27,284 bases of DNA from Candidatus Nanoarchaeia archaeon (GCA_035530415.1 DATKUV010000042.1:1-27284), one strand, 5' to 3'; shown: positions 1 to 8,998, counted from the first letter of the stretch. A program made the numbers and translations. Notes: generated by a model not told the origin, from the sequence alone.

Positions 1-19
1 AGAGCCTAAAGTTGATACC

Positions 20-1066
20 ATGATCACATGTCCCATCTGCGGAAAACCAGACTGCATCCAGACAGCTGAGGAGGTGCTGGATTCCATATTTCAATTATAC
101 CTGGCATGTCCGGAATGCCTGCCAGAACCCGGCTGGGATAAGAAGGCTCCACTACCAGCTCTTCCAGGTGATCAAAAAATAAACAGCAATACCCTGTTAT
201 GCCTTTCATGCGGCCGAAGACCCCTGGATGCCATAATGGGTCAGGTATTATCTATTATGCAGGAACATGGGGACAGGGATGATTCTACAGGACTGGCCCA
301 GGTGGGTACACCACTTATCACTCCAGGTTTTCCAATAATGTACCCACCCAGGCTGGGACCTGATAATCTTGTCATCATAGCTGATAATGTCCAGCAGGTT
401 AGTGCTGAAGATATTGTGAAAAAGGTGCCTGAGGTCAGGGGAGTTATTTTGCGAACCGGTGACCAGGCACAGAGTGTGGGCATTCTTGACCTGGATTCAG
501 AGCCTCATGAATATATTCTCCTGGCAGGGTGTGATATGAGAAGCGATCTTGCTCAGACCGTTTTCGGTGAGCTGGTTATCTATAAGAATCAAAGCAAATT
601 GCATATTGAGTTCAATAACCAGGACAAGATGGGGATCATTGAGCAACTGGACATGAAGGGATTATTGGCAGGTAAAGTGATGGTGGACGGCATGTGTGGT
701 TCTGGCATGCTTGGGATGATGGCCATGCTCTCAGGAGCCAAAAATGTTATTTTGAATGATGCATGGCGCCCCGCTATTGAAAACCTGCTAATTAATTTTA
801 AGGTTAATGCGGAAATACTTGATGTCGATCTGGAGACTATTGTTACCCTCAATGATCTGCCCATTATTGGAAATAAACCGGTTCAGGTAGCAAGGGCTAC
901 ACGGAATGGTAAAACTGTGGCAGAGGTCTATTTTGGTGATCTACGGCTCCTGGGTGATCTAATTGATATGTGTGATGTATGCCTGGTCGATACCTACCCT
1001 TCGGCAGACCCATCTGATTTTGTTACTATATGGTCTAAAAAAACCCCTAATGTGATAGTGGTCTGA
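20..1066 (+). CDS. Zn-finger-containing class I SAM-dependent methyltransferase-like protein (conserved methanogen hypothetical)
   Basis: 348-aa ORF with N-terminal CPIC-x4-C, CPEC and CLSC Cys motifs. C-terminal Rossmann motif I 'MVDGMCGSGMLG' is followed by 'VILND' and 'NL..N', typical of SAM-dependent MTases. Confidence 0.75.
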   Translation: MITCPICGKPDCIQTAEEVLDSIFQLYLACPECLPEPGWDKKAPLPALPGDQKINSNTLLCLSCGRRPLDAIMGQVLSIMQEHGDRDDSTGLAQVGTPLITPGFPIMYPPRLGPDNLVIIADNVQQVSAEDIVKKVPEVRGVILRTGDQAQSVGILDLDSEPHEYILLAGCDMRSDLAQTVFGELVIYKNQSKLHIEFNNQDKMGIIEQLDMKGLLAGKVMVDGMCGSGMLGMMAMLSGAKNVILNDAWRPAIENLLINFKVNAEILDVDLETIVTLNDLPIIGNKPVQVARATRNGKTVAEVYFGDLRLLGDLIDMCDVCLVDTYPSADPSDFVTIWSKKTPNVIVV

Positions 1067-1093
1067 TTTCTGATATTAAAATGATGGGATAGA

Positions 1094-1549
1094 TCATTTA
1101 CGGGATGGGATAAATCGCGCGGCGACCAGTCCGGCCAGCAAACTTAATATCAGTCCTTCAAATGCCCATTCCAATAATAACATACCAGGCAGATTTATCA
1201 GATAAGACATGGTCACATAAGATTGAGCAGTGAGAAGGAAGACTAAGGATCCGTAATATAATCCTTTCTTTTTCCAGGTTTTTCCAGGTACTGATGCTTC
1301 AAAGATGTCATAGACAGAAACGAATATCAGAGCGAATACAAAGGCCGATAACATAGATATGATATAGAAGGACACTGGTGGTGGACCCATAGCAGGCATC
1401 ATGATCTTGCTCCACACCTGGGCATACGCTTCATCCGTATAATAATTCATGGTCAAAACAGCGCCTATCGTGTGTATGACCTGGCTTATTATTAGAATAA
1501 GAATACTGGCAATGACGATATTTCTGAGATTTTCTTTCCTGATACACAT
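1094..1549 (-). CDS. Small integral membrane protein (about 4 TM; DUF1761-like)
   Basis: 151-aa ORF with four hydrophobic stretches and a 'GKTWKKKGLYYG' loop. The family label is from recollection only. Confidence 0.7.
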   Translation of the reverse strand: MCIRKENLRNIVIASILILIISQVIHTIGAVLTMNYYTDEAYAQVWSKIMMPAMGPPPVSFYIISMLSAFVFALIFVSVYDIFEASVPGKTWKKKGLYYGSLVFLLTAQSYVTMSYLINLPGMLLLEWAFEGLILSLLAGLVAARFIPSRK

Positions 1550-1617
1550 GGAAAATCAACTATAATTATTAAAAGATGTCTCAAGGTAAAAATATTTTGC
1601 ATAGAAATAAAGGGTAA

Positions 1618-1995
1618 TGAGTGAGGATAGTAAGCCCCCTTCTGTTTGCACGGCACTTCCCCTTAGGGATGTGATCCGCGTCTAAACGGCATTCGGCTAA
1701 GCACCAACTCCGAACCGGCTCCAGAAAGGCCTAACGGTCCACTATTTGGCTTGCACCCACGAGGATTCACGCGTTCCATCCGCAATTCGCGCGACCTCAA
1801 CCTTTTGGGTATCATAGCATTAACGCGGTACGGTATCGTTTCTGTGCCATCATATAGCTGTGCCATATGAGCTGCTGGTTTTAATCAGCAACTGCCAGGA
1901 CTCTCGTCCTACGCCCACTACAGGCGTTCGTGTATCTGGAAGGTGGGGGGACTTTCCTCAGATCCAATGACCCGGCGGCCGTCCTTCCTCTCTCA
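1618..1995 (-). ncRNA. rnpB: RNase P RNA (archaeal type A)
   Basis: The minus strand contains the universally conserved GAGGAAAGUCC (P4 5' strand), ACAGAAA (CR-II), UGGAAC (CR-III), AGCCGAAUGCC and ACAGAAGGGGGCUUAC (CR-V). The ends UGAGAGAGGA and UCCUCACUCA pair as P1. Length is about 378 nt. Confidence 0.97.
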
Positions 1996-2018
1996 AGCAC
2001 TAATAGGAGGTTAAGCTT

Positions 2019-2026
2019 AATATAAA
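2019..2026 (-). promoter_or_regulatory. TATA box of rnpB
   Basis: TTTATATT on the minus strand about 24 nt upstream of the P1 5' end (1995). Confidence 0.6.
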
Positions 2027-2041
2027 TTCGGGTGGCAGGAA

Positions 2042-2293
2042 TTATTTCTTTAAAAAAAACTCTCTGACAATATATAATACTGCAATGATTACTGCCAGAT
2101 CAAAGATGGATCCGATCAGATCACTATATTGGAGATTGAATAAATTACCTATAGCAGAGTGCATACCGTAATAAAAACTGAACGAAGCAAGCAATAACAA
2201 CAGTAGCAAAATCAGGATCGTCCCAGTCTTAAATAATTTGATATTGTCTATCTTGTCTTTTTCCTGAACCGTATCTTCGTCCATTGCCTTCAC
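2042..2293 (-). CDS. Small 2-TM membrane protein, translationally coupled to the PGF-CTERM gene
   Basis: 83 aa with two hydrophobic segments. Its ATG overlaps the upstream TGA (ATGA, 2290-2293). Confidence 0.75.
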   Translation of the reverse strand: MKAMDEDTVQEKDKIDNIKLFKTGTILILLLLLLLASFSFYYGMHSAIGNLFNLQYSDLIGSIFDLAVIIAVLYIVREFFLKK

Positions 2294-3279
2294 CTGTCGT
2301 TAAGTTTGAATTTCCTGAAAAATATTATCACTGATAGCAGACTTATTATTGCGGTTAAAAACCCGAATCCCGGTTCTTTGAAAACTGGTGCACCTTCAGT
2401 CCTGAACACATCCTCTGATGGACGGTATGGCGTAGGTTCCACCTCAAATTCAGTGGTAAATGTTTCAGTTGTGCTTATTGTCCGGGTCTGTCTAGTTACA
2501 TCCTCGACACCTGTACTTTGAGGAGCCATAAAGAAGGATACTCCGTATTCGGTTATAATGCGCTCGTTTTCAAATATCATCACTTCTACCCTGTAATCCC
2601 TATCTTTTGGGACTTCGAGCTCAATATCTTTGACCACTGTGGTATCGGACTTGACCACGCCCACATTAATATTGCCACTGTTACCTATGAGATTTGTATC
2701 TGCATCTCTGAGCTTGACCAGCGCTGTAAGTGGTGTTGAATCTGACCTGCCGTAATTATCTAAAAATGTAGTTACTTTCATGGTTGTGGTAGATTCACTT
2801 CTGCTCAACAAAGTAACGTCCACGTCGCGGATGTTGATGTATGAATGTGTTGGACTTGTGAGCAGGGATTCAAGTCCTGATATACTACCCTGGCCAGAAG
2901 TTATCAGACCGTCATCCTCATACAGGGTCACCTCGATCCGATAGTTGCCTGTTATGGGGACTTCAAGGTCCACTGTACCGTTCTGAGTCCTGTCCTTGCC
3001 AATTTTTCCCATGGATATCTTCTCATCAGCCATGAGCAGATTGGTTTTCAGGTTGTAAGCTTTTGTCTGGATATCCACATTACCCGAGGTCTGGCCGCTG
3101 TTGCTCACATAGCTTATGATGCTTAGTTGTACTGTATCGTCGTCCACTACGTCGGCTTTTATGTCCACCTTGTTAATGGTCAAGCTGGTAGTATCGTATT
3201 CCTGCAGGCACCCACCTGCCAGAATGGATATGAGAATTAAAGCTGTGATTAGAAACTTTCTATTGAACGTTACAGTCAT
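2290..3279 (-). CDS. PGF-CTERM (archaeosortase A substrate) surface protein with N-terminal lipobox and two tandem beta-sandwich repeats (DUF7490-like)
   Basis: N-terminus is 'MTVTFNRKFLITALILISILAGGC'. Two ~100-aa repeats each end in 'LEVP..G/DYR(I/V)EV.(L/I)(Y/F)E'. A Thr-rich linker precedes the C-terminal 'PGFGFLTAIISLLSVIIFFRK' (PGF, TM helix, basic tail). Confidence 0.88.
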   Translation of the reverse strand: MTVTFNRKFLITALILISILAGGCLQEYDTTSLTINKVDIKADVVDDDTVQLSIISYVSNSGQTSGNVDIQTKAYNLKTNLLMADEKISMGKIGKDRTQNGTVDLEVPITGNYRIEVTLYEDDGLITSGQGSISGLESLLTSPTHSYINIRDVDVTLLSRSESTTTMKVTTFLDNYGRSDSTPLTALVKLRDADTNLIGNSGNINVGVVKSDTTVVKDIELEVPKDRDYRVEVMIFENERIITEYGVSFFMAPQSTGVEDVTRQTRTISTTETFTTEFEVEPTPYRPSEDVFRTEGAPVFKEPGFGFLTAIISLLSVIIFFRKFKLNDR

Positions 3280-3374
3280 CTAAATAATTTGCAGGGATTA
3301 TTGGTTAAAATAGTTTTCCATGCTTAAAAATATATATTATAATATAATATTTGAATATGAATATTATCGCGATT

Positions 3375-3662
3375 TCACCCCTGTCCAGAAGCATTATTGA
3401 TCCAATAACCGGAAGAAATACAGCCAGATCTCTTTTTCAATTGAGATCCGCATTTTGGACAATCGTTTTTTTTCTTGTGATCAAGAAAAATATTTGGAGA
3501 ATTTATTTAGGGTTTTTTACTTGATGTTCTGACCTTCGGTCTTTGTAATATATTGTCCATTATGTCTGCAGCACTTTCAAAATATCATAATTGTGTGCCA
3601 CAATTTATGCAAAATTTTGCTTCTTCGCTTGTTAATTTCCTACAATTAGAACAGAACCCCAT
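3375..3662 (-). pseudogene. Zinc-ribbon gene with two in-frame stops (or a 25-aa Zn-ribbon microprotein at 3585-3662)
   Basis: RBS GAGGT lies 7 nt before the ATG at 3662. The frame reads MGFCSNCRKLTSEEAKFCINCGTQL*YFESAADIMDNILQRPKVRTSSKKP*INSPNIFLDHKKKNDCPKCGSQLKKRSGCISSGYWINNASGQG*, with internal stops at 3585-3587 and 3507-3509. Not in the ORF track. Confidence 0.65.
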
Positions 3663-4210
3663 TTACATTACCTCGTTTTGTAAGGAATATTTGATTGTAA
3701 ATTTTTTTAGTTTTACTCACATTATATGGATATACATACTTATTATTTTTGGTCATTTTTGTATACTATTGAAATTGTTATCGCTTTATCCATACCTTTT
3801 CTTCTTACCATATTCACACCATATCTGAACAATTACACAAATAATCCACACATTCAGATTGAACAGACACCAACCTGAACACGCAGATTTCCAGCTTGTC
3901 TTGTGACGGCACACCCAACCGCAGCAGAGCTACTGGATATAATTATTAGGAAAATATACTATAAGGATCAAGGCACCCAAACTTATTTTAAATACGGTCT
4001 CTCATAGATTTCCTAAGTCTTCTCTTCCCTGATGCAGGTGCACTTACCATCTTCAGGTACTTCAGATATCAGTCAGGTCGAATACAATAAATTCTTTATA
4101 ACGCTGGTGTTTTTTTTCCCCTTTATTTTCTTTGCCGCCACTCCGAAATGTTCCTTGTGAGATTCATTATTCCAGACCAATATTAATTGGGGTCCATTTT
4201 GAAAAAAATA

Positions 4211-4981
4211 CTATCTTTTTATTACCACCATTATGACAGTGGTATAGCGAAATATCAACCTGTCATCATCCCACCTCACATTTAACCCTGATAAATCCCC
4301 GTCCATCGAATCCATCATCATATCCCAGATCCTTCTGACATTCTTGGCCGGGGGGTCGGCAATCCCGATCCAGTGGTTAAAATCAAAATCAGTTCCACCG
4401 TTAACAATGTCAAGTACATCAAGCCCTTCATCTCTCAGCATCTGTTTCAGCTCAGAGATCTGATAGTGCCTGATGTGTGAAGGATCTCTCAGATACTCCA
4501 TTGTGTTCTGATATTCGCTCTTGGCTTGGTCTTGTGATGATACGATATCTTCGATCACAAGCTTACCTCCGGTTTTCAGTATCCTGGCCATCTCTGATAT
4601 GGATTTCAGGGGCTCTGGGAAATGGTGGAAAGAGAACCTGCATGTGACCACATTGAATGGCGAGTACCTAAAGGGTAGATGTTCAACGTCCCCCCCATGG
4701 TTGGAAATGTTGTCAATTCCTCTCTCATGTGCAGCTTGTACAGCCATCTCCAGCATCCCGGGGGTGATATCAAGCCCCACCACCCGCTTAACATGGGGCG
4801 ACAAGGTCATGGCAAGATTGCCAGTACCTGTAGCCACATCCAGTACAATCTCATTTCCTGAGAGATTGAGTAATCTCACCACAGTATCCAGGTCGGTCTG
4901 ATCTATCAGGGTACTTGAAGTAGCATAGGCTTTTGAGCGCCTGCCAAACTCATGTACTGCTACTTTCTTTGAATTTCTCAT
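4211..4981 (-). CDS. Class I SAM-dependent methyltransferase (UbiE/Methyltransf_11-like)
   Basis: Contains motif I 'VLDVATGTG', 'VVGLDITPGML', 'GDVEHLPF' and 'FSFHHF...LKTGGKLVIED'. The start was moved from 5059 to ATG 4981 (MRNSKK, preceded by GGAAGGA) because the extra N-terminal part looks non-coding. Confidence 0.88.
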   Translation of the reverse strand: MRNSKKVAVHEFGRRSKAYATSSTLIDQTDLDTVVRLLNLSGNEIVLDVATGTGNLAMTLSPHVKRVVGLDITPGMLEMAVQAAHERGIDNISNHGGDVEHLPFRYSPFNVVTCRFSFHHFPEPLKSISEMARILKTGGKLVIEDIVSSQDQAKSEYQNTMEYLRDPSHIRHYQISELKQMLRDEGLDVLDIVNGGTDFDFNHWIGIADPPAKNVRRIWDMMMDSMDGDLSGLNVRWDDDRLIFRYTTVIMVVIKR

Positions 4982-5064
4982 TATTCTGATCCTTCCTGGC
5001 TCATATCTGGTTTTTATCCTGATTCTTATTAATGTAACCGAATTAATTATATCTTCCATATTCC

Positions 5065-5409
5065 ATGAATAATAGTATGGCTCGAAAGCTTACATTCCGG
5101 GATATGGAATTATTAAGAAAAATTGTCCCTGAACTGGATATTGATCATTTTCCTCCCGCTTTTCGTTCCATATTGCCACCTCTAAGCAAACGATTCAGCA
5201 GTTCGAAACAGGAATTCAAATCAAGGCTTGATATATTGTCCACTGCAGATCTGGAATATCTGGTAGACCTTATTTTCCAGGGTGATGAGTGCCTGAGTTG
5301 TTTAACAGATGAATATTTGGATGTCCTGCTGGACAAGATCAGGGATAATATTTCTCACAAAAAAGCTGAGGACCTGAGGGAACTGCTTGGATATATTAAG
5401 GAGGGATAG
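5065..5409 (+). CDS. Conserved hypothetical protein (likely start ATG 5077)
   Basis: Helical, acidic 110-114-aa ORF ending 2 nt before the marker-8 gene, suggesting an operon. Confidence 0.7.
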   Translation: MNNSMARKLTFRDMELLRKIVPELDIDHFPPAFRSILPPLSKRFSSSKQEFKSRLDILSTADLEYLVDLIFQGDECLSCLTDEYLDVLLDKIRDNISHKKAEDLRELLGYIKEG

Positions 5410-5411
5410 GT

Positions 5412-6263
5412 ATGCCCCATATCATGGAGATCCTGGGAAAGACCAGGGTAATGGTAAAGGATGGCAAGGTAATTGAGGCTGGTAAGCCCCAGATAACCTG
5501 GTGTCCTCTCTGGAACAAAGCCAGCGGGATTGAGGAAATTACAAAAGAGTCGGCTATCCGGAACATGGAGCAGCGGATAAAGGATTTTGGTATGTTCACG
5601 CCGGGCAGGCGTTTGGATCTGGGAGTGTTCGCAAGTTTTGGTATATCTGAGATTATGATGACAGCGCTAGGCAGAGGCCTCATAGATTCCACTGTCACAG
5701 TATGCGACGGAGCCGGAACAGTTGTTACTTCAAATCCCGAACTGGTCCAGGGTATGAGCGCTCAGATCTCAGGACTGATAGAAACAGAGCCCATTTCTGA
5801 AGTGATAGAGGCCATTCATGAGAGAGGAGGTTATGTACTGGACCCGGAATCAGCAAGAATTGATCAGGCAGCAGGACTGGAACTGGCAGCATCTAAAGGT
5901 TATACCAGAATTGCTGTATCGGTCGTGGACGTGAATTCAGCTACCCGAGTACTGGAAATGAAACAGAAACTGGGTATTGAAGTAATAATAATGGCCGCTC
6001 ATGTTACCGGAATGAGCAACGATGACGCAGTAGAATTTTTAACACAAGTAGATGTAATCACTGGTTGTGCTTCAAAAAAAATAAGAGAACTGGTACAACC
6101 CCTCATTCAGGTAGGTACAGCTATTCCACTATTCGGGCTGACACCCAAAGGAAAAGAGTTGCTTATTGAAAGAGCAAAAGATATCGAATCCCCCCTCATG
6201 ATAAACACAATGGCTCTCCCTGTCCTACCTGAAGAGAAACAACCTAAGCCATTAATTAATTAA
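5412..6263 (+). CDS. Methanogenesis marker protein 8 (DUF2099 family)
   Basis: Characteristic 'MPHIMEILGKTRV', 'CPL', 'FGMFT..R', 'TVTVCDGAGTV', 'GLIETEPI', 'ARIDQ..G', 'HVTG' and 'CASK.IR' motifs. Confidence 0.88.
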   Translation: MPHIMEILGKTRVMVKDGKVIEAGKPQITWCPLWNKASGIEEITKESAIRNMEQRIKDFGMFTPGRRLDLGVFASFGISEIMMTALGRGLIDSTVTVCDGAGTVVTSNPELVQGMSAQISGLIETEPISEVIEAIHERGGYVLDPESARIDQAAGLELAASKGYTRIAVSVVDVNSATRVLEMKQKLGIEVIIMAAHVTGMSNDDAVEFLTQVDVITGCASKKIRELVQPLIQVGTAIPLFGLTPKGKELLIERAKDIESPLMINTMALPVLPEEKQPKPLIN

Positions 6264-6280
6264 TTAATTAGGTATAGACC

Positions 6281-6394
6281 TCATTGTTTTATTCTATTAT
6301 TCTTTTCAAATTTATCAAATTCCTTTCTTGCAGCCTGAATCTCATTGATCATTCTAAGTTTTTCTGGTTCTATAAAGCTAATTGTTACTTTCAT
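6281..6394 (-). CDS. 37-aa small protein missed by the ORF track
   Basis: GGGGT RBS lies 6 nt before the ATG. Sequence is MKVTISFIEPEKLRMINEIQAARKEFDKFEKNNRIKQ*. It fills the gap convergent with the marker-8 gene and has an amphipathic, charged composition. Confidence 0.5.
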   Translation of the reverse strand: MKVTISFIEPEKLRMINEIQAARKEFDKFEKNNRIKQ

Positions 6395-6570
6395 TTAACT
6401 ACCCCAATGTGAAATTCCCCACATTTCATTCGAAATGTATTATATTGATAATTTAATTGAACAACGAAATAGTATTTTGAATCAGATTTGGTAATAAACG
6501 GATTATCATTATAATTCAATTTTATATAAGTTAGAGTAAATTATTTATACTCAAGGCCGTATCAATTATT

Positions 6571-7614
6571 ATGCCCTGGCACAGCATCGATGTTGTCGAT
6601 AATGCATTTGATAAAACCAAAAAGGCTTTGATCGAACCTTTTAGCTTCTGGAAATGGATTAAACTGGGAATAATTATCTTTCTGATGGGTGGCATTGGTG
6701 GTTTTAATTTCAATCCCAGTGGATTTAATAACAGGAATTATGGAAATGAGGGAATTATGCCGTCTGCGGGTGATATTTCGGCACAGATCAGTCAGTTCCT
6801 GCAACAGTATTTGATGGTCATCTTAATTATTGCAGGACTGGTCCTGCTTCTAATTCTCATTTTTTCATACATTTCCAATATAATGGAATTTGTATTTGTA
6901 CACTCCCTGGTTACAAACAAGGTAAGATTTTGGGAATATTCAAGGAAATATCTGCGATTAGGATTTAACCTGTTTATTATTAGAATACTGTTAATGCTGG
7001 CGTTTTTTGTTCTGTTAGGGATAAGCATGCTTCCGCTACTGCTGCCCATATTGGATTCGCCTGAAAATATTGGCATTGGTTTTATTTTCTCAATCATTAT
7101 CTGGGTTATTTTTATATTTCTTGTACTTGCCATAATTTTCGGGATCATCGGCTCATTTATCAATCTCTCCATACCCCTGGCCATGTATCATAACCTGGGT
7201 ATAATAGCAGCTTTCAAGAAGATAACAGCAAGATTCAGAGCAGATTGGAAACAGATATTGGTCTACTGGGTGGTCAGGTCCGTGCTGGGTATTGCAGTAA
7301 CTATAATTATTGGAATTGTAGCGTTGATCTTCTTTATTATCGTATTTGGAATATCAGCTTTAGTAGGTGTTTTACTCTATTTCGTTTTAGGGGCAATTGG
7401 TCTGGGATGGAGTGATCCTTTATTTTGGGTAGTCTTTATACCCTATTTCCTGATCGCATATATAGTATTGATGTTGTCCACCCTGTTCATAATAGTCCCT
7501 GGTCCCGTGTTCTTAAAGTACCATATGTTGACATTCCTGCAAGTCTGGTACACCGAAGCTACGATACCATTTTTTAATGCACAGAACAGTATCCCAGGAG
7601 AACTAATTAATTAG
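6571..7614 (+). CDS. Polytopic membrane protein (DUF7544/DUF4013-like)
   Basis: 347 aa with about 6-7 TM segments, 'AFDKTKKAL..PFSFWKWIKL' N-terminus and a Gly/Asn-rich loop. The family label is from recollection. Confidence 0.8.
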   Translation: MPWHSIDVVDNAFDKTKKALIEPFSFWKWIKLGIIIFLMGGIGGFNFNPSGFNNRNYGNEGIMPSAGDISAQISQFLQQYLMVILIIAGLVLLLILIFSYISNIMEFVFVHSLVTNKVRFWEYSRKYLRLGFNLFIIRILLMLAFFVLLGISMLPLLLPILDSPENIGIGFIFSIIIWVIFIFLVLAIIFGIIGSFINLSIPLAMYHNLGIIAAFKKITARFRADWKQILVYWVVRSVLGIAVTIIIGIVALIFFIIVFGISALVGVLLYFVLGAIGLGWSDPLFWVVFIPYFLIAYIVLMLSTLFIIVPGPVFLKYHMLTFLQVWYTEATIPFFNAQNSIPGELIN

Positions 7615-8381
7615 AAAGGTGGAATAATATGTAAGGTTCTATGGAGCCTTGCCAGCTTTTCTTTGTCCTGCCGGGAAAAATCTGTAGGAAACTGGGATTT
7701 TATTGTTTCTCCTGGTATATTATGAAACACGTTAAACTGGGCGTTCATCATATTATCAGATTCATTTGAATGGTCCAGTCCAAAAATATGCCCAAATTCG
7801 TGTAACAGTATAGTCGTCTCAAGATCGTCTTTAATGAATGAGCCCTTAAATATGATAATAGAATCTGCAAGATAGGTCACACCCGCAGAATATATTTTAT
7901 CGGTAGCTGGCATGTTGTTAGAATCTGAATTATCCGGGTGCCAGGTAGTATCCAGATACATAACATAAATTGTAATGTTCCCACCCAACCAACCGGTCCT
8001 GTAATTTCTATGGGCTTTTTGCAGTCCCATAGCTACGTCATGCAGTTTACTTCCATTGATGATTAGTGGAACTTCATCGTTTTCAATCTCATGATTTAAG
8101 TGTATTACTACGGGTTTTTCTGAATATTGTTCAATTTGTTTTTGCAGTATTTCTATGGTTTTTGGGTCAGGTTCCATACCTGTCTGATAATCCACTTCTA
8201 TTACAACTGTGCTATAAGGAGAATATTTGGACAGGATAAGGGCATTATAGTAACCAGGTATATTATTAGCACCATAATGGACATAAGCTGGTATTAATAT
8301 GAATATGAAAATTATAGCAATGACTATAATTAATCCAACTGAAGAAATTACCAATTTTTTAAGAACTGAACCTTTACCCAT
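7611..8381 (-). CDS. Membrane-anchored metzincin (matrixin/M10-like) zinc metalloprotease
   Basis: HEFGHIFGLDH fits HExxHxxGxxH, followed by a Met-turn 'NMMNA'. There is an N-terminal TM anchor. Confidence 0.85.
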   Translation of the reverse strand: MGKGSVLKKLVISSVGLIIVIAIIFIFILIPAYVHYGANNIPGYYNALILSKYSPYSTVVIEVDYQTGMEPDPKTIEILQKQIEQYSEKPVVIHLNHEIENDEVPLIINGSKLHDVAMGLQKAHRNYRTGWLGGNITIYVMYLDTTWHPDNSDSNNMPATDKIYSAGVTYLADSIIIFKGSFIKDDLETTILLHEFGHIFGLDHSNESDNMMNAQFNVFHNIPGETIKSQFPTDFSRQDKEKLARLHRTLHIIPPF

Positions 8382-8419
8382 TTAATTTCTCAAATATTCT
8401 TGTTGTTCTTATGTCTCTT

Positions 8420-8866
8420 TTATTTTTCATATAAATTGAATTCTATATCCCTGCTCTTCAATTCCTGAATGATTTCATCAAAAAATATACCTGTCCCCTG
8501 TATATGGCTATGATCCATTTCTCGCAGGCGGCCACCTTCAAATCCCACACTGGTGGTCATTATTCCGCATGAAGGACTGCCCTTTACTCCCAATAGTTTG
8601 ATCTTATATCCTGCTTGATGCAGCATCTGCAGTGTATCTGCTGTTGGCTGGAATATTTTGCGGCAGAAACGCCTGTAATTGGGAATGTCCAGCTGTTCTG
8701 AGGTCACTTCCCAGCGGTTCAGACCAGAGTAGGTGGCCTCAGGACATGGGAGCTGGATAATATTGTCAGGAAGGTCTAAGGGTGGTAAGGGTTTCAGGCC
8801 TTTTAACCGCACGGCAGGATTCAGGAAACAGTGCGAAATAACATGGATTTCTTTCATATGATTCAT
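8420..8866 (-). CDS. TudS/DUF523-related putative Fe-S desulfidase (CD3072-like)
   Basis: Three-Cys signature 'SHCFLN', 'QLPCPE', 'GSPSCG'. The likely start is ATG 8866 or 8857 rather than 8920. Confidence 0.78.
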   Translation of the reverse strand: MNHMKEIHVISHCFLNPAVRLKGLKPLPPLDLPDNIIQLPCPEATYSGLNRWEVTSEQLDIPNYRRFCRKIFQPTADTLQMLHQAGYKIKLLGVKGSPSCGIMTTSVGFEGGRLREMDHSHIQGTGIFFDEIIQELKSRDIEFNLYEK

Positions 8867-8998
8867 ATAGATACCATTGAAATTATTTATTTCTACAGGC
8901 AAATTTGAAACCTCCCACAATCTTCATATAGAAGTACAAACATGTAAAATAGACTTTAAATAATCACAATCAATAGCAATAGGAGGAATAATTTTTTT

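Noticed and set aside
1663-1866. 67-aa ORF
   Set aside because: It lies inside the RNase P RNA.
3553-3828. 91-aa plus-strand ORF
   Set aside because: It is low-complexity AT-rich sequence with no RBS and is antisense to the Zn-ribbon frame, which has an RBS and a recognisable motif.
3790-4200. Possible decayed gene (plus-strand 'HPTAAELL', Fur-like; minus-strand Cys-rich 'CCGWVC...ECVD..C.C', ferredoxin-like)
   Set aside because: The motifs are short, lie on opposite strands and are broken by stops. I could not build a coherent protein, and BLASTX would be needed.
6251-6270. (ATTA)5 / TTAA microsatellite at the marker-8 stop
   Set aside because: It is a short low-complexity run with no evidence of function.
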